From a virus (Duplodnaviria; Caudoviricetes), in the IMG/VR virus record IMGVR_UViG_3300011335_000333, positions 1 through 32,812 of that record: a DNA stretch of 32,812 nucleotides; one strand, written 5' to 3'. Positions 24,412 to 32,812 of this stretch are shown here, piece after piece. The notes beneath the pieces are model-generated. The model searched no databases. It worked only from the letters and a program-made list of their open reading frames with translations, and was not told the origin of the DNA. Made by a program: the position numbers and the translations under genes. Each line of letters begins with the position of its first letter. Position 1 is the stretch's first letter.

Positions 24412-25950
24412 TTAATAGTCCTGATTAGTATTTGATTTAAACAGTGCTTTAACAGCTTCTGGATCTTTTCCATTTGCTATAGCTGCTTTTGCTTTAGCTC
24501 TTTCTGCGGCTACAAAGGCTGCATCTACAGTAGGAGTTGCTGCACGAGGTGTAGAGCCCCCAGCCCTTGCTCCGGGCGCTGCTGCTGGGGGTGGTGCTGG
24601 ACGAGGTGGTGCTGTAGATTCCTCTGGAATAACAGGTTTGCCATTAGCATCAAAAGAAATATATTGTGCAGTCAAAGCAATTCTATGTGCTTCAGATAAA
24701 GGCAGACCAGTTTTCTTATCGGTGTATGCATAAATAAGACCTTGCTTACCCGCTATCAAAGCTGTTCTATAGTCTTCTGATTTAGTCATATCAGTTAGTT
24801 CAGTAGTTACAGAGCCATCAATAGCAGTAGTAATCTTAAACGCGCCCTTAGGTACTATAGAAGTAACGGCTGAGGCAATAGCTCTGGACGCACCAGAGAC
24901 AAGCGTTGAAGCAGGTATTGTTTCTGGCTTATCCATTCTTGGATGAAGTGAAGAAATACGCTGAAGAAGCTGAGCATTGAGCCTCTTTCTTTCTGCTGGG
25001 GATGTATTAGGATCTTGAATCTTATTAAGAAGCTCTGTTTGAACCTCAGGTTCTGATTTATTTTTAGCACCAGCTTTAAGTGCCTGTACTTTAAGTAGCC
25101 GTGCCTCTAAAGTTTGTTTTTCTTTTGGATCAGATGTTGCATCAATAAGATTAATAAGTTCTTTCTCAACGTCTTTAGATTCTGGCGGTTTTGACATTGC
25201 TTCAGTAGCAACAAGAGCTGCCATATTCTTGGTAGCTTCTTTTAAATTATCTCCATTAACTACACCAGTTTTAGGATCAGGTTTTTGTGCTTCTAGAACA
25301 TTTATTTTTGCTCTATCCATTAAGTCAGCAAACTGTTTTGGTTTAGCAAACACGCTGAGATCTATTTGTGCAGCCGCTGTCACAGCTTTGGCAGCGCCAC
25401 TCTTAGCACCTAGCAAATCTTCTAAACTAATACCATACTGTGCTGCTTCCTTTTGTGCTTTAACTATACTGTTTTTATTTATAATTTTGTCCATAATGCC
25501 GCCTGTTTGATTCCCACCAAACGCAGCTTGCACTTGTTCATCTGTAGCCTTAGCTGTCTTGAACAAGGAATTGATGTAGTCCTCTGGCTTAACTCCAGTG
25601 GGAGTACCATCAAGAGCTTTAACAAAATTCTTAGAGATACGTCCAGTGACTTCTGGATCAGCTTTAATCTTCTCAAGAATAATCTTAGCTTGCTCAGGCT
25701 TAGCAGCCATAGCAATAAGCTGCTCATCAGACAATATACCATCGCTAAAAGAAATGCCAGACAGTTCTCTAACAGTCTGCTTCATCAGATCTTTCTGTTC
25801 CTTTGTAGTCTTCTGGTAGTCAGCATAGTCTTTAACCATGCTCTTAACAGACAGACTCATAGAATCAGCGTTTAGTTTCTGCTGCTCATCAAGATAATCG
25901 GTAGCACCTTTAGCCATGCCACCAAGAAAAGAACTAAGTACAAATGCCAT
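24412..25950 (-). CDS. Probable internal-virion/ejection protein (512 aa)
   Basis: N-terminal FLGGMAKG; helical composition; Pro-rich linker and C-terminal AKAAIANGKDPEAVK helix; abuts the giant gene. Confidence 0.7.
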   Translation of the reverse strand: MAFVLSSFLGGMAKGATDYLDEQQKLNADSMSLSVKSMVKDYADYQKTTKEQKDLMKQTVRELSGISFSDGILSDEQLIAMAAKPEQAKIILEKIKADPEVTGRISKNFVKALDGTPTGVKPEDYINSLFKTAKATDEQVQAAFGGNQTGGIMDKIINKNSIVKAQKEAAQYGISLEDLLGAKSGAAKAVTAAAQIDLSVFAKPKQFADLMDRAKINVLEAQKPDPKTGVVNGDNLKEATKNMAALVATEAMSKPPESKDVEKELINLIDATSDPKEKQTLEARLLKVQALKAGAKNKSEPEVQTELLNKIQDPNTSPAERKRLNAQLLQRISSLHPRMDKPETIPASTLVSGASRAIASAVTSIVPKGAFKITTAIDGSVTTELTDMTKSEDYRTALIAGKQGLIYAYTDKKTGLPLSEAHRIALTAQYISFDANGKPVIPEESTAPPRPAPPPAAAPGARAGGSTPRAATPTVDAAFVAAERAKAKAAIANGKDPEAVKALFKSNTNQDY

Positions 25951-26450
25951 TATGCTTCTACCTTTCTAGACAAGAGTCCTGTAGGGGCTGGAGCAGGTGC
26001 TTCTTCTGCTGCTTGCTGCGTAGACCCAGCCTTAACTTCTTTTCTAACTTCATCAATAATTCTCTTGATAGCAAGAGGACTAACAGGCTTCTCTTTAATG
26101 TTATCCTCAGGAGTCACTGTGTAGGTTACATCGTTTAGGTCAGCAATTGTTCTGATGATTTCTACAACAATGGGAGTTACCAAGAATCCAGTATCAACTG
26201 TGTGATAACCCTTCATGATACTCATCTTCACCATTCCATTAACAAGGGTAAGAATTGGAATACCTGTCTGAAGTATTTCCAATAGTTGATCAACTGCTTC
26301 TGGATTGTTAAACTTGTCCACATACATGTGAGCAACTTCATCAATAGTAACGAATGCTGGCGGTTGTTCCCAAGGAACACTACCGGGCTCAACCGTTAAA
26401 GATTGTCCGGGAATAGGTGCAGTCAAGAGACTAGGATCAAGATCTGGCAT
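25950..26450 (-). CDS. Conserved-type virion-cluster protein (APIPGQSLT...PWEQPP)
   Basis: 166-aa ORF, AAGAGGAG SD, coupled. Confidence 0.75.
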   Translation of the reverse strand: MPDLDPSLLTAPIPGQSLTVEPGSVPWEQPPAFVTIDEVAHMYVDKFNNPEAVDQLLEILQTGIPILTLVNGMVKMSIMKGYHTVDTGFLVTPIVVEIIRTIADLNDVTYTVTPEDNIKEKPVSPLAIKRIIDEVRKEVKAGSTQQAAEEAPAPAPTGLLSRKVEA

Positions 26451-26652
26451 TCATCAACTCCTCTTTTTGTTTTCTAATGGCTGCAATGTATGTAGCTACT
26501 TTGTTAAATACATCCTCTGAGCCAGCCTCTGGTTTCTTAGCAGACTCTGTGGATCTGTTAAGCAGACCCTTAGATGTTTCCTTAGTAGACTTGGTTGCTT
26601 TTTCTTTAGCAATTTTATCCACCTTAGCATAAAAGTTTTTAAAGTTCTTCAT
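26437..26652 (-). CDS. Small basic virion-cluster protein
   Basis: 71-aa ORF filling the gap. Confidence 0.65.
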   Translation of the reverse strand: MKNFKNFYAKVDKIAKEKATKSTKETSKGLLNRSTESAKKPEAGSEDVFNKVATYIAAIRKQKEELMNARS

Positions 26653-26655
26653 ATT

Positions 26656-29154
26656 TTATCCCAGCAAAAGTTTAGTAAAGAAAGATCCAGCAGCGGTTGA
26701 TGTAGCAGCGTCTGCTGTAAACTGACCAGCCGCCATTCTAGCAGCGGCATCAATCTCAGCAGCAGCCAATGTTGTGGCCCTCTGTGCATCATTCTCAGAG
26801 GAAGTCCAAGCGTGTGTCACTGCGTCTCTGTACATCTGTGTCTCATTGTTATATTCTGCTATAGACATCTGCTGAGTAAGCTGAGCATTCAAAGAATTAG
26901 CAGCATTAGTGGCAGCAGTGTTGGCAGTGGATATCTCTCTCTGCCATTGAGCATTAGACTGATCAATAACTAGACGCTGTGTAGCGTTAAATTGATCTCT
27001 CTGATTCTGTACCTCAGCATTGAATTTATTAACAGCATTAGTTTGATCAGCATTAAACTGAGATATAGCATTACTCTGTGCAGCATTAAACTGAGATACT
27101 TGACTAGCTAGATTTGCATCAAACTGATCAGACTGTTGTTTATTAGCAGCATTAAACTGCAAAGATGCGTTTGATGCTGCTTGATCTGAAAGAAGCGTTT
27201 GCACCGTAGCTTGCGTCTTAAACATAAGAAGCTGTTGCTCATTAGATAGGTTAGCCATGTCCATAGCTAAAAAGGATTTAGCGTTTTCGACGGCGGCTTG
27301 CTGTTTATTGTTTAGATTTATTGTCTCTAAATTAGCCATCTGTGCAGCTTTAGCCATAACAACGGCTTGCTTATTAGATAGATTTGCCAAGTCCATTGTT
27401 TGAGTAAGCCGTGCATTCTCTAAAGCAATTTGCTGGTCTGCTGAAAACTGCATATTAGCAACATCAGAAACCTTGGCAGCATTGATTACACGGGTCTGAA
27501 ACTTTTGATCAAACTCCTGTCCCAAGAAAGCCGCACGTTGCTGTGCAACAAGAACAGCAGTCTGTTGTTTATTAGATAAGTTCTGTGCAGCTACCGACTG
27601 ATATGCCTGTGCATCAGCAGAGGCAATAGGAAGGGCAGACTCAAGCGTGGCTTGAATCAGGGCTTGACCAGCCAAACTAGAAGCACCAAGTCCTCTTGCT
27701 GCCAATACGGCAGTTACGTTGCGTAGATTGGAAGCAGCCCACGGAGGAGGATTGCCAGAATCAAAATCTTTCATCAGCTTATTAAGCTGACCTTGAACAG
27801 TCATCTCTGCTGTTACCGCGCCTTCTGCTGCTTGGGCTTTAGCTAACGCTGCATCAACCTCTGTTTGAACAACAGCACTGCCAGAAACCTTCTCTGTTTC
27901 TCCCAGTGTTCTTGATGGAGCTAAAAGAACCTTTTGAGTTGTGTCATCTGTGGCTGCTGTTGTTTTTGTGTCAAGGATAGTCTCCTCTGGTTTTTTTTCT
28001 TGTGCTGTTGCTTCTGATTTAGTAGAAAGAGTACCAGTAACTTTGTCTACTAAATCCATCTTAGTCTTCAAATCCGCAGAAGCTGTGTCTGCTGTGTAAC
28101 TAGCAGCAGTGGTATCCGTAGGCGCACCCGCTAGCGTAGTCTTTGCCTGACCAGTGCTAGCTATGGTGGAAGCATTTTTATCTGCTCCATAGTTTGTTGT
28201 GCTAAGATTCTGTGCCGTACTACCAACAATCTGAGAAGCGGTTGCAGCAGATGCTACATCAGCTAATGGCTTACCTGCTGCGTCTGTAGTAACGGAAGTA
28301 GGCGTGGCTTTCATACCAGCCAAGATGGCATCAAATCTTTCTTTACCTACACCAAATTTAGTGGCGGCTCCTTCAGCACTTTGTGCATCAGTAAAACCCT
28401 GTGCTCTAGAAGCAGCAACCGCATCTTTAATTTGCTGATCAGTGTAAGAAGTTGTTGTACCTGCTGCTTTCCACTCTGCAATTTTAGAAGGGGTAAATGC
28501 ACCATCATTTATGAACGGAGATATTTCTTCATCTGTAAAGCCTGTTGCTTTTTGTTTATCAGCATAAAATTGTTTTGCACCCTTTTCATCCCCGCTTGCA
28601 ATCATTCCTTTAAGTGCGTCAGCAAATTGTTTTGCGGCAGCCTTCTGTTCTGTTGTTAGTTCCGTTGGCCCACCAGCGGTTTTTTTAGTGATGACATTTG
28701 GAGTAGAGGTAGTGCTAGTATCTGTTGAAACAGTAGTACCAGAATTGCCAACATAATTCTTATCGGGAGTGACACCAGTAGAGCCACCCATCAAAGCGTT
28801 TATACGATCTGCTGATACACCATAGTTTGCAGAAGCCCTTTGAACAATCTGTTCATTAGTAAATCCTTGTGTTCTAGAAGCAGCAATTGCATCTTTGATC
28901 TGTTGATCGCTATATGATGTACCACCACCACCACCTGTAGCAGTGTCATCAATAACACCCCCAACAGCATAGCGGCGTTTCTTTACCATGCCACCCTTAG
29001 CCATGCGCTCAGCAATCTTAGCTGTGATGTTGGAATATTTGTTAGCATCAGAAGGAGTTGATGCCAGATAGTCATCAAACAGATTCATCGGGCCTTCATA
29101 GCCCATCTTACGAGCTACAATTTCTCTTTGCTGTGCTGTGAAATTTTCTTTCAT
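26656..29154 (-). CDS. Probable DNA ejection/pilot-like protein with long Q/N/A-rich coiled coil (832 aa)
   Basis: Recurrent ANLSNxQQ and QFNA units in the C-terminal half; S/T/A-rich linker; duplicated N-terminal helical module. Confidence 0.75.
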   Translation of the reverse strand: MKENFTAQQREIVARKMGYEGPMNLFDDYLASTPSDANKYSNITAKIAERMAKGGMVKKRRYAVGGVIDDTATGGGGGTSYSDQQIKDAIAASRTQGFTNEQIVQRASANYGVSADRINALMGGSTGVTPDKNYVGNSGTTVSTDTSTTSTPNVITKKTAGGPTELTTEQKAAAKQFADALKGMIASGDEKGAKQFYADKQKATGFTDEEISPFINDGAFTPSKIAEWKAAGTTTSYTDQQIKDAVAASRAQGFTDAQSAEGAATKFGVGKERFDAILAGMKATPTSVTTDAAGKPLADVASAATASQIVGSTAQNLSTTNYGADKNASTIASTGQAKTTLAGAPTDTTAASYTADTASADLKTKMDLVDKVTGTLSTKSEATAQEKKPEETILDTKTTAATDDTTQKVLLAPSRTLGETEKVSGSAVVQTEVDAALAKAQAAEGAVTAEMTVQGQLNKLMKDFDSGNPPPWAASNLRNVTAVLAARGLGASSLAGQALIQATLESALPIASADAQAYQSVAAQNLSNKQQTAVLVAQQRAAFLGQEFDQKFQTRVINAAKVSDVANMQFSADQQIALENARLTQTMDLANLSNKQAVVMAKAAQMANLETINLNNKQQAAVENAKSFLAMDMANLSNEQQLLMFKTQATVQTLLSDQAASNASLQFNAANKQQSDQFDANLASQVSQFNAAQSNAISQFNADQTNAVNKFNAEVQNQRDQFNATQRLVIDQSNAQWQREISTANTAATNAANSLNAQLTQQMSIAEYNNETQMYRDAVTHAWTSSENDAQRATTLAAAEIDAAARMAAGQFTADAATSTAAGSFFTKLLLG

Positions 29155-29447
29155 TTCTTGGTTGCCTTATACAAATATTCTAAAAGTGGCTGGTTATACT
29201 TCAATACTGACAAAATGCCAACAGTCATACAGTATATTTGCCGCTCCTCCAACTCAGTGTTCATAGAATAATCTATGGCATGAAGGATTTCATGTAACAC
29301 TGTATCCAATTCCATAGCAGGTTGCTGGTCTGCCTTTATTTTAATCAACAAATTCTCATAGTCACAGTAGCCAAACATGTTGGGTAGGGTCTGTTCTACT
29401 TCTATTTGATATTCCCTACCTAAAACATTTACTGACTTAGGTATCAT
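29151..29447 (-). CDS. Small HExxH metallopeptidase-like protein
   Basis: G.C......I.I...DTVLHEILHAI...EE; start revised to MIPKSV at 29447. Confidence 0.75.
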   Translation of the reverse strand: MIPKSVNVLGREYQIEVEQTLPNMFGYCDYENLLIKIKADQQPAMELDTVLHEILHAIDYSMNTELEERQIYCMTVGILSVLKYNQPLLEYLYKATKK

Positions 29448-29449
29448 TG

Positions 29450-29893
29450 TTAGTCCAATAGTTTGCATTCGGCAGTGCGGCGCTTTACCAGCCCCGGCAA
29501 TACTCTGCCACCACCCTTAGTCCATAACATCAGTTGTTCTTGTGCTGCTTCCCAATCTTGCTCATTTATCTTGCGCTTAAGGGTGCTGGTTTGCAACCGG
29601 CCTATCCCCAAGTTGTAGCAGAAGTCTACGATGGCATTGCATTTACGTTCATCTGTTAACAACACCGGGCAATGGCGAAGAACTCCCGGAAGGTACGTGT
29701 GTTCCAACTCTTTCATCAATAAGGCGTAAGCCTCTGGTTCTGAGATAGGAGGGTCAGTTAAGACCACCTTCCTACCACCAGCATAATAGGTACTGCCATA
29801 GCCTATCGTTGGGACACCAGCAGGACAAAGGTATGTCTTGCTGGAAAACCCTTCGAATTGCTTACACAAATTGGCAGCAATAGTTAGGTTCAT
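29450..29893 (-). CDS. Endolysin, GH24 phage lysozyme
   Basis: FEGF...YLCPAGVPTIGYG, FCYNLG, STL, W...GG..LPGL..RR.AE. Confidence 0.95.
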   Translation of the reverse strand: MNLTIAANLCKQFEGFSSKTYLCPAGVPTIGYGSTYYAGGRKVVLTDPPISEPEAYALLMKELEHTYLPGVLRHCPVLLTDERKCNAIVDFCYNLGIGRLQTSTLKRKINEQDWEAAQEQLMLWTKGGGRVLPGLVKRRTAECKLLD

Positions 29894-30384
29894 AGACCAC
29901 GCTTGGATAAGGTACGATCAAGGAACCAGTAGTTCAATGTTCCACTAACCAGTGCAGCAAAGTCACCACTCATCATGAGTTTGAATACAACGTCAGGTGG
30001 AGAACCCATGCTCCACGAATTCCATGCAAACCAGATGTGAACAAAGCTCCACAGGGCCAAGATCCAGTAGGTAACCATAGGACGAACAGAAGCGGATAGG
30101 CTAGCTACCCAGCCACCTGCTGCTTTAACCATCTCTGTCTGCTGTTCAATGGCGCTGTTGAAGGCGTTCATGACACCAGCATCCACTGTTGCCTCACGCA
30201 CTGCACCAATCTCTGCCAGCTTCTGTTGACCACGCAGAGTCTCTAGGGAGCACTGCTGCTCAAACATTAGACGCTCGTGTATACGCTCATCTTTCTTGTC
30301 CATCCACTTAAGCACCTCTGGGGCAAGCCTAAAGATACCACCAAGCAAACTTCCTAATACACCACCGCTTAATATTTCAAACAT
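29890..30384 (-). CDS. Holin-like membrane protein
   Basis: Gly-rich hydrophobic N-terminus, SVRP motif, two C-terminal hydrophobic segments, YWFLDR; directly upstream of the lysozyme. Confidence 0.7.
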   Translation of the reverse strand: MFEILSGGVLGSLLGGIFRLAPEVLKWMDKKDERIHERLMFEQQCSLETLRGQQKLAEIGAVREATVDAGVMNAFNSAIEQQTEMVKAAGGWVASLSASVRPMVTYWILALWSFVHIWFAWNSWSMGSPPDVVFKLMMSGDFAALVSGTLNYWFLDRTLSKRGL

Positions 30385-30385
30385 A

Positions 30386-30886
30386 TCAAACACCTCTAGT
30401 AAAAACCATGTGCCATATCAAAGCACCTATTGGTATTATCGCTGCAATACCACCAATGAATAAAAAGATATTCATAAACAATTCGCCAAGAGCTTCTTTA
30501 TCTTTTTGCTTCTTATCAGCTATGGCCTTCTCCATGTCGGCCTTTTCTTTATGCATCCTAACTCTGTGTGCCATCATCTCTTCCCACACACTCTTGTTAC
30601 CTGTCATAAAGAGCATACTCTTAAGCTCTTTCTCTGCTTCCCAAAGCTGCTTAGACTGCCAAGCTAGTTCTAGTGCTTCCTTGTTTATCTGCTCATCAGA
30701 CTTACCTATGTTATGTACTCTAGCCTTATTGTTGGCTGTGTGTATAGCATCTGCGCTTTCATAGAAAGTAGAGAACTCTTTATATAAACTCTTTACATCC
30801 TTACCAAGTGCAACAGCCTTCTTGATATTCGCAACCACTGTCTGGGCTGTAGCAAACGCTATGCCTATAGAGATTGGGTCTATCAC
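30386..30886 (-). CDS. Hypothetical coiled-coil protein with a C-terminal transmembrane segment (MIDP-start type)
   Basis: 166-aa ORF in the lysis region. Confidence 0.7.
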   Translation of the reverse strand: MIDPISIGIAFATAQTVVANIKKAVALGKDVKSLYKEFSTFYESADAIHTANNKARVHNIGKSDEQINKEALELAWQSKQLWEAEKELKSMLFMTGNKSVWEEMMAHRVRMHKEKADMEKAIADKKQKDKEALGELFMNIFLFIGGIAAIIPIGALIWHMVFTRGV

Positions 30887-31059
30887 TTCTTTGTCTCATC
30901 GGGTTTCTTAACAACTATAGTCCAACGGCATATCTTCTTGTCATAGATAAATTCGTTAACTCCGTATGTATCCTTTGGCTTTATGTCTCTGCATACTAAG
31001 ACTAAGTAAGTCTCTGTGTTAGGCCAAGGAACATCATACGAAGCAAACAAATGCTCCAT
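30883..31059 (-). CDS. Small hypothetical protein (58 aa)
   Basis: Open frame MEHLFASYDVPWPNTETYLVLVCR...ICRWTIVVKKPDETKK; coupled at both ends. Not in the supplied ORF track. Confidence 0.55.
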   Translation of the reverse strand: MEHLFASYDVPWPNTETYLVLVCRDIKPKDTYGVNEFIYDKKICRWTIVVKKPDETKK

Positions 31060-31295
31060 CACTTGTCTGCTTTGTGATCTAGCTTATCTACTATTTTACT
31101 CAGCATGTCTTTGATATCTTTTAAATCACTGCGATAATCTTCACGCATGACAAATTCTCTGGGTAGCTCCTCACGAAGCTTAGCCAGATCATTCTTTAGC
31201 TCTTTCACAGCAGCCCACATCTCTCTGGCAAACCAGCCAACCAACGAGAAGAGAATAGCAATGACAGAGTTAACAACATGTTGAAGATCATCCAT
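31059..31295 (-). CDS. Small membrane-anchored coiled-coil protein (lysis region)
   Basis: N-terminal hydrophobic helix, LPREFV.REDY, KLDHKADK. Confidence 0.7.
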   Translation of the reverse strand: MDDLQHVVNSVIAILFSLVGWFAREMWAAVKELKNDLAKLREELPREFVMREDYRSDLKDIKDMLSKIVDKLDHKADK

Positions 31296-32137
31296 TACAC
31301 GCCCATTTTCTTTCTAATTTCCGTAGCAGAAATTGCATGAGTGGCATCATCAAACACTTCTTGTTCAATCTTGTAGCCAACGTCTCTACCATATGTGATG
31401 TTCACAACATTAGGAACTAGCTGAATCTCATACTGTCCTTGATACAGCGGATCAAGATCACGGCAAATCAATTCTTTAACCTGCTCAGCAGCAAAGGGAT
31501 TAGAACCATTCCAGCCTTGGCAGTCACGGATCTGAATAACCACTTGTCCTGTTTTGGCAATGGCTCTGTCAAACAATGCACGATGCCCCGGATGCCACGG
31601 CTGCCAGCGTCCTAACATCTGCACTGTTTCTTTCTTCCAATCAAACACAGGGCGGCGGCGCTCATCAAGGATATGATTGCCAATGAACTCAGCCCACTTT
31701 TCACAGTCTTGTTCAGTGATTCTGAAGTCATACTGCTCAGGTGGGACAAAGGCTTTATTGGTATCATCAAAGCGCCCCTTATCAATAGTGTCTACCCAGA
31801 TAGTCCAATCAGCTTTGAAGTTGTTACGCATCTCAACCAGTGGAGCTACGAAGTCACAGATTACATAATCACTGTTAGACTTCAGAGCAAACTCTGCCAT
31901 ACGCAAAGACTGACGAATACGTCCTTCTTTTGAAAAGTCCCAATCATTGTAGCTTTTGCGTACTTCATCAGCATTGAACCACTTCACGCTACATTTGTAG
32001 CTTGTAGGGATATGCTCACCTGCACGGTACAGGGGCATATGCTTGACTGTTGAATTTTCCTCAAGATATTTCTTGAGTGCAGCAGCTAAGTAGGTCTTAC
32101 CAGAACCGGGCAGACCCATGATTAGGATTTTCTTCAT
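31295..32137 (-). CDS. Fusion of an adenylylsulfate kinase (CysC)-like P-loop kinase and an HxGH nucleotidyltransferase
   Basis: GLPGSGKT, ADEVR, DFSKEGR.RQ, DFVAP, WVDT; then GRWQPWHPGH and ISATEIR; start revised to 32137. Confidence 0.85.
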   Translation of the reverse strand: MKKILIMGLPGSGKTYLAAALKKYLEENSTVKHMPLYRAGEHIPTSYKCSVKWFNADEVRKSYNDWDFSKEGRIRQSLRMAEFALKSNSDYVICDFVAPLVEMRNNFKADWTIWVDTIDKGRFDDTNKAFVPPEQYDFRITEQDCEKWAEFIGNHILDERRRPVFDWKKETVQMLGRWQPWHPGHRALFDRAIAKTGQVVIQIRDCQGWNGSNPFAAEQVKELICRDLDPLYQGQYEIQLVPNVVNITYGRDVGYKIEQEVFDDATHAISATEIRKKMGV

Positions 32138-32526
32138 AGTAGTGCGTCTAATTGATCGTGAGTTGTACAAGCCTCAATTGTAGCTTGTTTTGTCACCATC
32201 GTTTGACGAGCTAGCTCAATGGCAGACGCATCAAATGTCAGCGGATTACTGGCTTGCTGGTTGACCACCTGCTGGAACGTGAACTGTGCGTTGGCCTTCA
32301 TACCGTTTTTGCGGTCATCTACGGCGATGTCGTAGCTGTCCCAGATGATCTGCACAGGGTCTGTGTTGAGATCATAGCGGTGTGCTGTGTAGCCTTGGCG
32401 GTGCGGCGTGATGTTTGCACGAACCTCCACTGCATTGCGCCAGCCGTTGTTGCCGACTCCTTCTGCGGGCGGTGTATCCCACACATCTTTAACCTCACCG
32501 TTTACTACCCGAACGTAATGTGTCAT
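32134..32526 (-). CDS. Hypothetical tail-associated protein (possible tail-fibre assembly-like)
   Basis: AAGGAG SD; follows the RCC1-repeat gene; ends IEACTTHDQLDAL. Confidence 0.6.
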   Translation of the reverse strand: MTHYVRVVNGEVKDVWDTPPAEGVGNNGWRNAVEVRANITPHRQGYTAHRYDLNTDPVQIIWDSYDIAVDDRKNGMKANAQFTFQQVVNQQASNPLTFDASAIELARQTMVTKQATIEACTTHDQLDALL

Positions 32527-32547
32527 ATAGACTCCTTGTTAAAAAAA

Positions 32548-32811
32548 TTACTTAATACCAAAAGTTTGATTGCCGCCCTTATTGAGCGTTATCCAGCTAG
32601 TCAAAGCACCAACTTGTTTTGGCGAAGAATAACTTGTTCCATTACCTAATCCAAGTTGTCCTTGACCACCAGAACCCCAAGTCCATAATGTCCCATCAGT
32701 TTTTTGGGTTACATTGTGTCCCAATGCATTATTATTTCCTACGACTACTGACCAGTTAGTTAATGCTCCAACTTGTTTTGGGCTTGAGTAGTTTGTTGTA
32801 TTACCTAAACC
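32548..32811 (-). CDS. C-terminus of an RCC1/BLIP-II repeat (beta-propeller) protein, truncated by window end
   Basis: GLGNTTNYSSPKQVGALTNW...KTDGTLWTWGSGGQGQLGLGNGTSYSSPKQVGALTSW...GIK then TAA. Confidence 0.88.
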   Translation of the reverse strand, partial: GLGNTTNYSSPKQVGALTNWSVVVGNNNALGHNVTQKTDGTLWTWGSGGQGQLGLGNGTSYSSPKQVGALTSWITLNKGGNQTFGIK

Positions 32812-32812
32812 A

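Noticed and set aside
30384-30393. Lambda S-like dual start in the holin
   Set aside because: The upstream GTG directly abuts the SD and overlaps the previous gene; only ATG 30384 is properly spaced
18437-32649. Plus-strand ORFs in the right arm (e.g. 19655-20143, 20426-20914, 25453-25875, 32254-32649)
   Set aside because: Antisense shadows of the - strand virion and lysis genes
1-32812. Alternative genetic code or stop-codon readthrough
   Set aside because: All conserved genes are intact under the standard code and all three stop codons are used as true stops

Overview
This window is an internal segment of a dsDNA tailed-phage genome with podovirus-like organisation, probably infecting an aquatic proteobacterium (inference). 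It has two convergent arms. The + arm (1-18256) starts with tightly coupled small early genes, including a DUF932-like protein, an ADP-ribosylglycohydrolase and a tyrosine recombinase. It continues with a T7-type replication module: primase-helicase, Tyr762-type DNA polymerase A, SSB, 5'-3' exonuclease, HNH nuclease and MazG. It ends with an AT-rich HNH endonuclease insert, a class II ribonucleotide reductase and a tRNA-Arg(UCU). No phage RNA polymerase is visible in the window. The - arm (32812 to 18305) has the end of an RCC1-repeat protein, a CysC-like kinase/HxGH nucleotidyltransferase fusion, holin and lysozyme genes, an HExxH peptidase and a cluster of probable internal-virion (ejection) proteins ending in a 1942-aa giant. 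A bidirectional terminator separates the arms. The best candidate new system is an ADP-ribosylation writer/eraser pair. The writer would be an ART-like domain appended to the giant virion protein between two F-x-x-GG-L motifs, and the eraser a DraG/ARH-family hydrolase among the early genes. Other notable items are repeated SD/stop/start junctions that define exchangeable early-gene cassettes, a two-state hairpin element upstream of DUF932 and a possible mini PAPS synthase. All family assignments come from motifs read by eye; no database searches were run.
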